This document shows, piece by piece, positions 26,901 to 38,925 of a stretch of 64,000 bases of DNA. How positions within the stretch are numbered: position 1 is the first letter of the stretch; each line of letters begins with the position of its first letter. Made by a program: the position numbers and the translations under genes. Origin of the DNA: Daphnia carinata (taxonomy: Eukaryota); assembly GCF_022539665.2 (NCBI RefSeq), contig NC_081332.1, positions 2,542,001-2,606,000 of the forward strand, in the 5' to 3' direction. The notes beneath the pieces were generated by a model that was not told the origin of the DNA, made no database searches, and worked only from the letters and a program-made list of their open reading frames with translations.

Positions 26901-29900
26901 TGAGTGCCTTGCATTATTTACCACTATTTTACGATATTGAGCTGATGATACCTGGTAAACCTGCAATTTGTTTTTATGTAGACTTCATGGTTTTTGAGTT
27001 ATGTCCAAAATAAAAGTAGGTACGATAGAAATTTAAGGCCCGAAAGAACAATAAGCCCGACTTTTAACTAAAAAATTATTATCAATAAAACTAGATAATT
27101 ATACATGATTTAGATGCTAAATTTAACAAGAATCACGAATATGAAATTAGTTTTTATGTAGACTTTATGGTTTTTGAGTTATTTTAAATATAAAAGTAGG
27201 TACGATAGAAATTTAAGGCCCGAACAAACAATAAGCCCGACTTTTAACTAAAAAAATATTATCAATAAAATTAGAAAACTATATATGATTTAGATGCTAA
27301 ATTTAACAAGAATCACGAATATGAAATTCGTTTTTTTGTAGAATTTATGGTTTTTGAGTTATTTTAAATATAAAAGTAGGTACGATAGACATTTAAGGCC
27401 CGAAAAAACAATAAGCCCGACTTTTAGTTAAAAAATTATTATCGATAAAACTAGATAACTATATGTGATTTAGATGCTAAATTTAACAAGAATCACGAAT
27501 ATGAAATTTGTTTGTATGTAGACTTAATGGTTTTTGAGTTATTTTAAATATAAAAGTAGGTACGATAGAAATTTAAGGCCCGAAAAAAAACAATAAGCCC
27601 GACTTTTACCTAAAAAATATTATCAATAAAACTAGATAACTATATACGATTTAGATGCTAAATTTAACAAGAATCCCGAATTTGAAATTAGTTTTTATGT
27701 AGACTTTCTGGTTTTTGAGTTATTTTAAATATAAAGTAGGTACGATAGAAATTTAAGGCCCGATTCCCGAACGCTGTGATGTTCGTTTTCTGTGTTTTCA
27801 GAATAAGTTTTCCTATGTTAAGCATCCATATTTTTGAAGAAAGTGATGATGGTTTGTTTCGCAGAGGAATCGTTTAATTTTCTTTTTTTCTCGTATTCCC
27901 CGAAAGAAACTAAGAAATCCAATGAGGAACGAACAGCACACAGGGTGTTGTCGAAGAGGAACACGTAGTCTAGATTATGAGAACAAATTTGAAATTCTAG
28001 ACAATGCTCTTGAGCAATGTGTCCGTTGTAAGATTTATTTTCTATATTGGCATAATAGTATTGTTAGAAAATCATGAATTGTTTTCTTCCTTTTAGGTTT
28101 TTGACTTCGTTTAATGTTGTGGCTGAATTGGACAATGAGAGATTGAATCAACAACATATCAAGTGGGCAGCTCATGGTCAAACTCGTTTGGCATAAAGGT
28201 ATCATTTAATTGGGAATATTTGTTCATGTCAATACAAGTATTTGCATAGGTTTTCTTCATAGGGGCTTTAGCACCAAACATTTTTTCTTCTTTAGGGTTT
28301 GTTAGATAAGGGTGGAGGCAGCTTTAACAATTTAGATCTAGCACCTATTAGACTGGTGGTGTTGGCCCCGTGAATCTTATCGTCTTCAAGCTGGGTGAAA
28401 AAACAATGAGTATTTAGTTATCAAAATTACCTGAGGCATGTGCAAATATTCAAATAATTCTTCGTTGAAGTTCAGTTGGTTTCGTGCAACATCCTCACAA
28501 AAATGCAACAAGACTTAACAAATAGAGCATATAGATGCAGTGTCGATCTGTACCAGTGAGTACCAGAGTAATGTGACAAGCATTCATGATGGTGATTAAT
28601 CTTCACACAGCTAACATTTAGTTGGTACTATTATATGTTTTATAAATTCAGTTATAATTTAATTCAGCTTGTTATTTAGTGGAATATAATTTATTTCAGT
28701 TTTTCTGATGCAGTTTGGAAGCCACTTGGAGTAAACCTTTCGTCAGTTACTCACAAAAAAAGATTGGCAAATCTGGTCCTGAGAGATCACTTTTTTTGTC
28801 AAGGAAATACTGGAAATTGGTATTGAAAAGGTCATTAACAGAAAATTTTTGTATTTAATCAGTTTATTCTTATATTTAACATGGTTGTTCAGAAATGCCA
28901 TGGAATCTAAAAGCACTTGACAAAAAAACATTTTGATTGTTCTCGTACCTGCATTAGATCGAAATTGCTTGTCCAATGGTACCAATTCATTAATGAAAAC
29001 AATCTATTAGACAAAAATGTATGATTGACTGATCATCATCTGTGTAAATTTATATATAATTCTTATAATTCTAGGTATTCAACCATGGCATGTTGACCAG
29101 CTATCTGCGGAGTGAAAATCTACTTGACAGTGTTCAACCAGTTAAGTAGCTGAATAGCTATGAAACACAACCAATCCAGGAACTGAGTGTGTTGAACAAC
29201 CACACTTATCTTGGAGAGCTGCAGAAAGAGAATGGAACATTACCCTGCCAAACACCTGCTTCCAAATGGTAGTTTTAATTATTTGTTTTTACAAGATATA
29301 TTCAGTCAATTCTTCGAAAAACTGTTCTTTTTCACAGGTCAATGGCAGGGGTCTTATTCACTGTCTGATGAATTTAACTTTAAACAAGATATTGCTTTTG
29401 ATTACCTCTGCTGGTAACTTTTATATTCCTAGTTAAGATATGGCTTTCATCAAAAAGGGTTGAAACTAACATCTAACTTTTTTTTCTTCTTCTCCAAAGA
29501 GCTGCTTAGGAAGTTAGCTAGAGTGACGAAGATGTGTCATCACAGCAGAATAAGTGTAAAAAGCAAGTTGTTCAGCAAAATGAGTGCCTTGCATTATTTA
29601 CCACTATTTTACGATATTGAGCTGATGATACCTGGTAAACCTGCAATTTGTTTTTATGTAGACTTCATGGTTTTTGAGTTATGTCCAAAATAAAAGTAGG
29701 TACGATAGAAATTTAAGGCCCGAAAGAACAATAAGCCCGACTTTTAACTAAAAAATTATTATCAATAAAACTAGATAATTATACATGATTTAGATGCTAA
29801 ATTTAACAAGAATCACGAATATGAAATTAGTTTTTATGTAGACTTTATGGTTTTTGAGTTATTTTAAATATAAAAGTAGGTACGATAGAAATTTAAGGCC

Positions 29901-31455
29901 CGAACAAACAATAAGCCCGACTTTTAACTAAAAAAATATTATCAATAAAATTAGAAAACTATATATGATTTAGATGCTAAATTTAACAAGAATCACGAAT
30001 ATGAAATTCGTTTTTTTGTAGAATTTATGGTTTTTGAGTTATTTTAAATATAAAAGTAGGTACGATAGACATTTAAGGCCCGAAAAAACAATAAGCCCGA
30101 CTTTTAGTTAAAAAATTATTATCGATAAAACTAGATAACTATATGTGATTTAGATGCTAAATTTAACAAGAATCACGAATATGAAATTTGTTTGTATGTA
30201 GACTTAATGGTTTTTGAGTTATTTTAAATATAAAAGTAGGTACGATAGAAATTTAAGGCCCGAAAAAAAACAATAAGCCCGACTTTTACCTAAAAAATAT
30301 TATCAATAAAACTAGATAACTATATACGATTTAGATGCTAAATTTAACAAGAATCCCGAATTTGAAATTAGTTTTTATGTAGACTTTCTGGTTTTTGAGT
30401 TATTTTAAATATAAAGTAGGTACGATAGAAATTTAAGGCCCGATTCCCGAACGCTGTGATGTTCGTTTTCTGTGTTTTCAGAATAAGTTTTCCTATGTTA
30501 AGCATCCATATTTTTGAAGAAAGTGATGATGGTTTGTTTCGCAGAGGAATCGTTTAATTTTCTTTTTTTCTCGTATTCCCCGAAAGAAACTAAGAAATCC
30601 AATGAGGAACGAACAGCACACAGGGTGTTGTCGAAGAGGAACACGTAGTCTAGATTATGAGAACAAATTTGAAATTCTAGACAATGCTCTTGAGCAATGT
30701 GTCCGTTGTAAGATTTATTTTCTATATTGGCATAATAGTATTGTTAGAAAATCATGAATTGTTTTCTTCCTTTTAGGTTTTTGACTTCGTTTAATGTTGT
30801 GGCTGAATTGGACAATGAGAGATTGAATCAACAACATATCAAGTGGGCAGCTCATGGTCAAACTCGTTTGGCATAAAGGTATCATTTAATTGGGAATATT
30901 TGTTCATGTCAATACAAGTATTTGCATAGGTTTTCTTCATAGGGGCTTTAGCACCAAACATTTTTTCTTCTTTAGGGTTTGTTAGATAAGGGTGGAGGCA
31001 GCTTTAACAATTTAGATCTAGCACCTATTAGACTGGTGGTGTTGGCCCCGTGAATCTTATCGTCTTCAAGCTGGGTGAAAAAACAATGAGTATTTAGTTA
31101 TCAAAATTACCTGAGGCATGTGCAAATATTCAAATAATTCTTCGTTGAAGTTCAGTTGGTTTCGTGCAACATCCTCACAAAAATGCAACAAGACTTAACA
31201 AATAGAGCATATAGATGCAGTGTCGATCTGTACCAGTGAGTACCAGAGTAATGTGACAAGCATTCATGATGGTGATTAATCTTCACACAGCTAACATTTA
31301 CTTGGTACTATTATATGTTTTATAAATTCAGTTATAATTTAATTCAGCTTGTTATTTGGTGGAATATAATTTATTTCAGTTCTTCTGATGCAGTTTGGAA
31401 GTCACTTGGAGTAAACCTTTCGTCAGTTACCAATAAAAAAAAGATTGGCAAATCT
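5996..31455. repeat. ~2681-bp macrosatellite / higher-order tandem repeat, 10 copies (last truncated)
   Basis: The marker GGCCCGATTCCCGA recurs at about 6199, 8967, 11648, 14329, 17010, 19692, 22373, 25076, 27757 and 30438. The same short ORFs recur in the ORF track at this period. Confidence 0.98.
10903..11654. repeat. Block of four 180-bp AT-rich monomers (plus start of a fifth) within each macrosatellite unit; representative copy
   Basis: AAAAGTAGGTACGATAGAAATTTAAGGCCCGA recurs at 10903, 11083, 11263, 11443 and ~11624. Equivalent blocks lie at ~8217, 13584, 16265, 18947, 21628, 24309, 27012 and 29693; only one monomer precedes the first copy, at 5996. Confidence 0.95.
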
Positions 31456-31619
31456 AACTAACGGTATGCAATCGGTAACAGTTTTATCACAGTTAGAATT
31501 ACTTTTTCCTGACATACATTTCAAACTCATTTTTAACACAGTTAACATATAGTCACATTACATGATGGTGGTTGAGATTTTGTTGCCCCTTATTGCTTAA
31601 GTTGTGGGCAGTTCTTGGT

Positions 31620-32630
31620 CCATGTCTGATTCTTTTACTTGACGACGTTGCCGAAGAGACGTACTCTTCCTCTGTCGATTTTGTGGACATGTTGCTGAAC
31701 AAAATTAGATTACCTACATCTATGGTTCAAGAAGCCAGAAATATCCTATTTACACATATGCTGGTACATAGATAAAACAGTAAATGCAATGCAATTTGGA
31801 GCAGGGCCTTTTTATGATGTGTTGTCGTATTCCAGCCTCAAGTAGAACAATTCAGGCCACATACAGCCCCAAAGAAAAAATGAATGCCAATTTTGCCTAC
31901 GATGAATCGTGGATGTGCCTGGTGTAAGCAACTTTGTTCTTGCTGATGTTGAACTTTACAATACTAGATATATTTTTCTTTAGTGGCGATATTCCATCAC
32001 TTGTGCAGCGACACATGGCCATCGTCAGGCTCAAGCATCCAACGAATATGGGAACGAATTGCCGTGATCTCCAACTTTTTGTGCTCATAGTCTGTCCAGC
32101 TAAAGAGGTAATGACATCAAACGAGTTATATTGTATATTCTTTGAATTAAAAGTACTTTGTACGCGGCAAATGAAAGAAAGGTACAAAGAATGCATTGGA
32201 GACGGGCCGCACATTTGCTACATTGTTAGCTGATCATCATCTACACCGTCAGTCGGTGGAATTATTAGCTACCGAAGAAGAATTCAAGCAGCTTATTTTC
32301 AATCGTACAAGAGAATTGATTAAGGAACAGCAACAGAGCCGTTCAGCCGTTTCAATTAAATTGGACGCCGTTGTTGAACCATCCAAAAACATCGCAATGA
32401 GTAATGTGAGTTTGGCATTCGTTCACAGACGTTTCTCGTGCATATTATTATATTCTGATGTGTAACAGGGAATCGGGAGACTTTGTCAGTTTGGGCAAAG
32501 TATCCGAGAGGATCTTTCACGTCGACTGCCGCATTATGTATCGGACTATGCCGATGGCATAGTTGGAGTAAAAACACCTCAAAAGGTTCTTTCTACCACT
32601 TTTTCCTCTATTTCGCCTGTCTACTCTGGG
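31620..32630 (+). pseudogene. SLC4A11: SLC4A11-like (sodium bicarbonate transporter-like protein 11 / BTR1) intron-containing gene fragment, frameshifted and truncated
   Basis: Exon translations SRTIQAT..FAYDESWMCL, DIPSLVQRHMAIVRLKHPTNMG..LFVLIVCPAKE, KGTKNALETGRTFATLLAD and IREDLSRRLPHYVSDYADGIVGVKTPQKVLSTT(fs)FLYFACLL resemble the SLC4A11 cytoplasmic domain and start of TM1. A 1-nt frameshift occurs in the T-run at ~32600 and homology stops just after it. No upstream start exon was found. Confidence 0.85.
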
Positions 32631-34276
32631 TAATAGTATGATTTGTTTAATATTTATCTTGTTCATTGATTGAGAAGGAGTTTTATTATAATAACATAGT
32701 TTTATTACAGACTGATAAATTAGATAACATATAGCTGGAGACATTTAAACTAAAGGTCTTTCAGTGAACAGATTATGAAGGGTTAGTATAACATCAGACT
32801 ATGTAATAGTTAGTCAAAGTCAGAACCTGGTGAAATATCAAGTAGAATTAATTGTGCAGAAGATACATCTTAGTAATGTATTGCAAGTAACAGATTTACA
32901 TATACATTTTATAACTGTATTGATAAGATTGTCAATACCTAATAATTTCTATTTACATTCAGGAAAATCAGGTCAGTAATGTGAAGAAAGGTGATTTCGG
33001 AATGACCACCAGCAATAATGAAATCTAGCAGACACAGTGAATATACAGTATGGTACTATAAATGTTTTAAATAATTAGTGGTACTTAACAATTTTCAATT
33101 CCTCATTTCATGCAGTTTGAAAGGCAGCCTGAGTTTACACTTCAGCACCCACTCACTCGGAATGGAAAATAGTCGTTCCTTATAGTAATGGAATAGTGGT
33201 AACAGTTTGATTTAATTAAGAATTAGTCTACTAACAGAGATTTTGAACTAATTTATTCGAAGTTCATATCCTCTTAGTTTCTACAATTAAAGAAGGCAAT
33301 GAAGCTAGTTAGCATAAATTCAACTTACCTGACAGGCGAAACGATCAACGACGGTGTTGATAGTTGTGGTACATTTGTAGAGACAAGACTCTGGATGAAG
33401 GTGAATATCCAGCGTCTAGACGACGCCTTAAATACTCAGACACGTGACACACGTCACCGGAAGTAGAGTGTAGGGTAGAGGGACGTAATTCTGAAGGTCG
33501 ATAGGTTGAAGGGCAAACTTTTATTTCCAGGTGAGCCCGAGGTTATATAGCCATTCCCCATCGATTTATCCTACGTTACTTTGATTTTTTTTTGTTACCA
33601 AGCCCCTAAAACAGATGAAGAACCTCGGGCATTCACAAAAAAGGAGGGGGGAGAGGAAGAAAAAAAAAGAATCTAGCAGCTCAGTCGCTCTTTCACCTGC
33701 ACGCAGTGCACTAGTGTAGATTTGTTGCTTGCACTCCTCATTTAATTATTCTTAGAACGTTCGCACGTGCACCCAGTTTTCGCAATTAGTAGATTCATCA
33801 ATTACGCACTAATAACGCACTGCATCAGGACCTGGTTTTGTTTAGTTGGGTAGTACAATAAGTCTAGATGAAATAGATAAACATAGATAAAGTTAAGGAT
33901 AAGTAGGTCTAAAGTTAAGTTAAAAGTAAGGCGTAAGCGTAGCCCACCTCAATTCGTTACTTTTGCACAACACTATCACAGCCATTTTCTTTCACTGTTT
34001 TACGCAATTGTGTACCGTAGTCGTCGTTCGCAAACCATTTTTTCTACTAACAATGGTACATTTCGGCTTTTTCACACAATTTACACATGAACCGCCAATC
34101 CAAACAACCTCCTGATCATTAACTAACGATTAATAATCTATTTCTTTTTTCAAGAAATTTTTATGCAATGTAACTGTAATTTGTGTACATGATTCTGTTA
34201 GAATTAAGATGACACATATTGTAGATCAAATATTCAAAAATTTCGTTTTTTTTTTCTTTCTCTTTTGTACAATCAG

Positions 34277-35676
34277 GAGTGCAATCTCTGGGGCCGAAGA
34301 AGACATTGGGCAACGAGGATCGCCCCGCAGCCACTTTAATATCGCCCAAGATTCTGAGGTATATAACGAAAAATTAGTATCTTAACTATATAATTTTTTA
34401 ATCATGTGCGTCTAGGAGGGTCGAGTCACCACCAAAGGGGGACGTTGGGCAACGAAGGTTACCGCTAGAAGCCTAGCAAAAATTGCAAGGTATTTAAAAA
34501 ATTTAAGTGTTTTTACCATGTTCTATGTATTTGTGTCTAGGAGGGCTGGCAACACCACCGACGAGGATTATCGGACGTCGTAGATCGCCTCCGAACTCGC
34601 CAAGGATTGCCAGGTATTGCTTTAACAATTTTAAGTGTCTAATCGTTATTTTTTATGTATTTAGGGTGGTCCACATCACCGAAAAAGGCTCCTGGACAAC
34701 GAGTTCGCCGTCGGAGCCACCTGGATCGTCGCCGAAAATTGTCAAGTATTTCATTAAAAGTTTTAAGTTTTGAAGTAAGGTTTTATTTTGTTTTTATGCA
34801 TTTAGGAGAGCTGCAGCACCATTGAAGAGGATGGGGGATATCGAGGATTGGCGCTGGAGCAACGACATTGTCGGCACGGGTATTGAGGTATTTAAAAAAA
34901 ACGTTTAAGTATTTAATCATGTTTTTTTTTACGTATGTAAGAGGACGCTGGACGCCGAAGAGTACGCTGTAGCACCGTCATCGTCCCCATGGATGTTTCA
35001 GGTATATGTTTTACACGTTTATTTGCCTAACCATGTTTTTCTTACGTATTTAGGAGGGTTTTATCATAGCAGAAGAGGACCAGTGGACAATGAGGTTCGT
35101 CGTCGGAGGCACCATAATTGTTGCCAAAAATAATCAAGTATTTAATTGAAAGTTTTAAGTTTTACGCTATGATTTCATTTTGTTTTCATGTTTTTAGGAG
35201 GGCTCCGCCACCATTGAAAAGGATGTTGGACGTCGTTGGAGGTACTATGATCGCCGTCCAAAATTGGGAAGTATTTTTTTGTTAATTTTTAAGTCTTACA
35301 CTATGATTTTATTGTGATTTTATGTATTTAGGAGGGCCCTACCACCATCGAAGAAGATGTTGGGTATTCAGGACCGCCGCTGGAGCAACGAAATCGTCAC
35401 CATGGATGTTGCAGGTATATGTTAACACGTGTAAGTGTCTAATCATGTTTTTTTTTTATGTATTTAGGACGGTCCACATTACCACGTAGAGGATCATAGG
35501 ACAACGAGTGTCGCTGCCGGAGCTACCGTAATTGTTGCCCAAATTTGTCAAGTATCTAATTGAAAGCTTTAAGTTTTACACCATGGTTTTATGTTGTATG
35601 TATGTGTTTAGGAGGGTCCCAACACCGTCGAAGAGCACGCTGGAGGAAGGAGGTTCGCCGCCCAGCCCCGAGATTT
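34277..35676 (+). other. Tandem array of ~11 related mini-exons (~60-85 nt) and ~55-60 nt introns; gene, pseudogene or spliced ncRNA with Arg/Ser/Pro-rich potential peptides
   Basis: A ~135-140 bp period of T-rich..TAG|GAGGG..CACC..GAAGAGG.. |GTA(T). Exon starts at about 34277, 34416, 34541, 34664, 34806, 34942, 35054, 35197, 35332, 35468 and 35612. The last exon ends RVPTPSKSTLEEGGSPPSPEIYTH*. Confidence 0.7.
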
Positions 35677-38302
35677 ATACCCATTAAGAAGACGGAAATA
35701 AAGATGGTACGGTTTAGTATTGCCAAATTGGCTTTCACTTTATTTCGTATTGTGATTTGTGTGATTGGCAAATGTGTTTGTTTCGTTCCATTTTCCTTCC
35801 CATTATTTCCCCTCAAGCAATTTTGCGTATGATTTTACCTTTCACTGAGCACGCAATTTCACTGCACCTGCACCAATTCAATGCACCGGGTAGGGATTAG
35901 TGGTTTAGTTAGTTGCATAGGTTACACGCCAAGTATTTGTTTGATGCAGGTTTGCAAAACACTAATTTATTTTGTTTTACTTTTCTTGTAAAAGCACTGT
36001 TGTATTTTGAATATTGAATAGGGACTTGAAAAATAGGAATACTAAAACAATTAATTGCTTGTGATCGGGTTGTGTACAACGATTGATAACCCGATAAAAC
36101 CATGATGGGGTAATAACCCGTTTAACCTGCCCCAAAAACAGATATAAACAACCCGCTGAACAAAACTCGACCCGATCGAAGTGGGTTTGTAAATCTGACT
36201 AGTCTTTCTTTCTTAACCTTCCATCTTCCGTTAACCAATTCGATGTTTTGCAACGCTGTATCATATGTCTGCAAAAGTGCATATGAAGTTCAGTCTTCTA
36301 TGCGCAGACAGTTTGTAAGCAAACCAGAAATACCGGTGAATATTTGATAATTTCATATTAGCGAAGTTATATTTGGCATTTAATTAGATTTGATAATTTT
36401 AGAATCTTGAGGACGTGTAGCGAGCGCAAAGATATGGAAGAATCAAGCACCACTCTCAAGCGTCGCATCGTTAAAATTAAAGGGGATTATAGTTCATCAT
36501 GGCGACGATATTACACTAACTGAAAGCCTTGACCACAGAAGAGAATTTAAATGAAGTTATAGAAATTCTCCTGGATTTTGAAAAACAGACGAGACCTGTG
36601 AGTTGAATTTCTCTATCTTTTTTGTATCATACTTGATCCTATGCTTTTTTTTATAGGTAGATACCATTTCAGCAAGGTGCATCTTGGAACAAATTGTACA
36701 GGTCAGTTTCGAAACCAAGTCTTGTTGTATAACATGGCTAAACGCTACAGCCTTGTGGCGGTCAATGTATGGTTGTCCACCTTGACTAATTAGTCGAGGA
36801 AATAGAAAAATTTCATTCCAATTTGGTGGGCAGAAGAACCTACTCTGTAAGAAAATTATTGATCTGTTTAAACTTTAATTTTTATGTATATAAATAGGTT
36901 GGGTGTAACCTAGATTATGGCTCATCAGTGCCAACTTAAGCAGGTATTGATTTCTTGGTTAAAGAGGATATATAGAGCAAGGTTATGAGGATAGTTAGCA
37001 ATGGTTTTTTGCTGTTGCACGAATGGGGTAAAGATTCGCACTTTTTAGTTTTATTAATTTTGATTTATGTAACAGTTGAAATTATATTAAATTTATTTAT
37101 TTAATATTCCTTTCGATTAGGTTTACTCAATACACCAGCCCACGGGGTGTTGGGTGGAGATGAGTGTATGCGCACTTATTTGACTAGTCGTACATATGCA
37201 TTGTAAGAAAGAGAATTATGGAATGAATTGGGCGAATCCATTTGTACTATGATAATATTAGCAGATTGATAACTCTGGTGATGGTTAAGACATTCTACTT
37301 ATGAATAGTAAAATGTATAAGCTGACATTAAGAAACTGTATAAATGAATATATGTTAGCCATAAAATTGGCAAGATGATTTTTTACAGCAAATGAGCAGG
37401 TTGGTAGTAGTTGAACTATAATGATAATTGACTGAAAAATCTGGAGTTATTTCACTATTTAACAGTAAAATGGTATTAAAAAAAGGGGTTTAGGTTATTC
37501 TAATTCTATTTTATTCTAATTGATTTCAAAACAATTGAGCGCTTGAGATTAAGTGAGCGACAGCGCAGAAAATTGTTAAGCACACAATTATAAACGATGC
37601 ATGGTTAATAAATTCATGTTGAAGCTTTATTTAACATTAACGCCAACTTGCCCGAACACAAAGCTATTAGAGACTCAAATTCAACTGATGCGGGCGGTAT
37701 CGTTAAAAGATAAATGGATATTTTTCAACATGCGTTGATATAATACTAATCTGTTAAATCGTGGTCGTAAAATTGACATGAATTTGTGGCAAAGCTTGTA
37801 GTAGGGTTTTTCATTGCATAACTATGTAACAATATTATGTGCTAATATCAATAAACAAGTTTAGTTTATCTTGCAAAAAACGACTGTCTTGAGCAAGATA
37901 CTCATTACAATATATGCTCTATTGTAAGTATCGAGCTGCCAACAACCATTCATTTGTGGGCTAACACTGAATTTCATGGATATTGAATGGTCAAAAACTT
38001 TCTATTTTTCGTTGTTATTATTCAGTTTGTGGTTTTTTTTGCTCGATAATTTTATGTGTTTTAATGTCAACGCTGTACTTACGTTTGATGTTTTAATTTA
38101 ATGACGATTATATTGTGATTTACCACCGTGTAGATTAGTAGAAGCTAATTATATTTAATCATGTGTTAATAATGTATTTTTAATACCTGGGAAACATAGA
38201 CACAACCTTTTCACATTTACATAGTTTATTATAATTGAAACACACATACAATTCACACTACACACAACACATACATATACTTTAACATCAATGAAATTTT
38301 CA

Positions 38303-38372
38303 GTAACTATGGGGTATCGAACCCTGATCTTCAGCGTATCTTGCTGATGCTCAACCATTGAGCTATAGTCAC
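38303..38372 (-). pseudogene. tRNA-like cloverleaf (non-canonical; anticodon position GAT)
   Basis: GTGACTA-TA-GCTC-AATGGTT-GAGC-A-TCAGC-AAGATAC-GCTGA-AGAT-CAGGG-TTCGATA-CCCCA-TAGTTAC has canonical 7/4/5/5 spacing and A- and B-box-like motifs. It lacks U33 and has two T-stem mismatches. Confidence 0.7.
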
Positions 38373-38853
38373 CTACGATTTCAATGTTTTATACCTTGAG
38401 TCAACGTACGAATATATTGTATATTTAATATTTTAATCTTGCTATAATATTTGGCAGTCTGACCAAATAATGTACACGTATCATGGCATATATGTAGAGG
38501 GTGCGGCTACGATGTCAGAAGACAAAGGTTCAAATCCAGTAAGGGGTAAAAGTAAAAATCGAAAATTAAATAAAATATTATATATTTTTACTGTCACTCA
38601 AATTTTTGAAAATGTGTAAAAGATGACGTTTCGCTATACCATTGGTTAGTCTGACCATACATTTCACAAGTGTTATAGCATGTGTGTAGAGAGTCCGGCT
38701 ACGGTATCAGAAAACTAGGTTTCAAATCGTATGCATTGCTAAAGTAGTCGGCAAATATGCATTAAATACTTTTGTGTTTATTACATTATATTTATTGAAT
38801 ATGTGTAATAGGTTGTCTAAAGATGACTTGCAAAAATGGTTGTCGGCAGAATG

Positions 38854-38925
38854 TAACTCATAGCTCAATGGTAGAGCATCGACTTAGTGAGTCAAATGAT
38901 TAGGGGTCGATCCCGAAAAGAGTTC
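38854..38925 (+). pseudogene. tRNA-like element (anticodon position AGT)
   Basis: TAACTCA-TAGCTCAATGGTAGAGC-A-TCGAC-TTAGTGA-GTCAA..GGGGTCGATCCC..GAGTT, with a clear D-arm/A-box and a degenerate B-box. Confidence 0.6.

Noticed and set aside
7225..29693. Recurring 68-90 aa ORFs in the macrosatellite
   Set aside because: Mostly non-ATG starts, they run across candidate introns, are broken by homopolymer length changes between copies, and show no recognisable domain.
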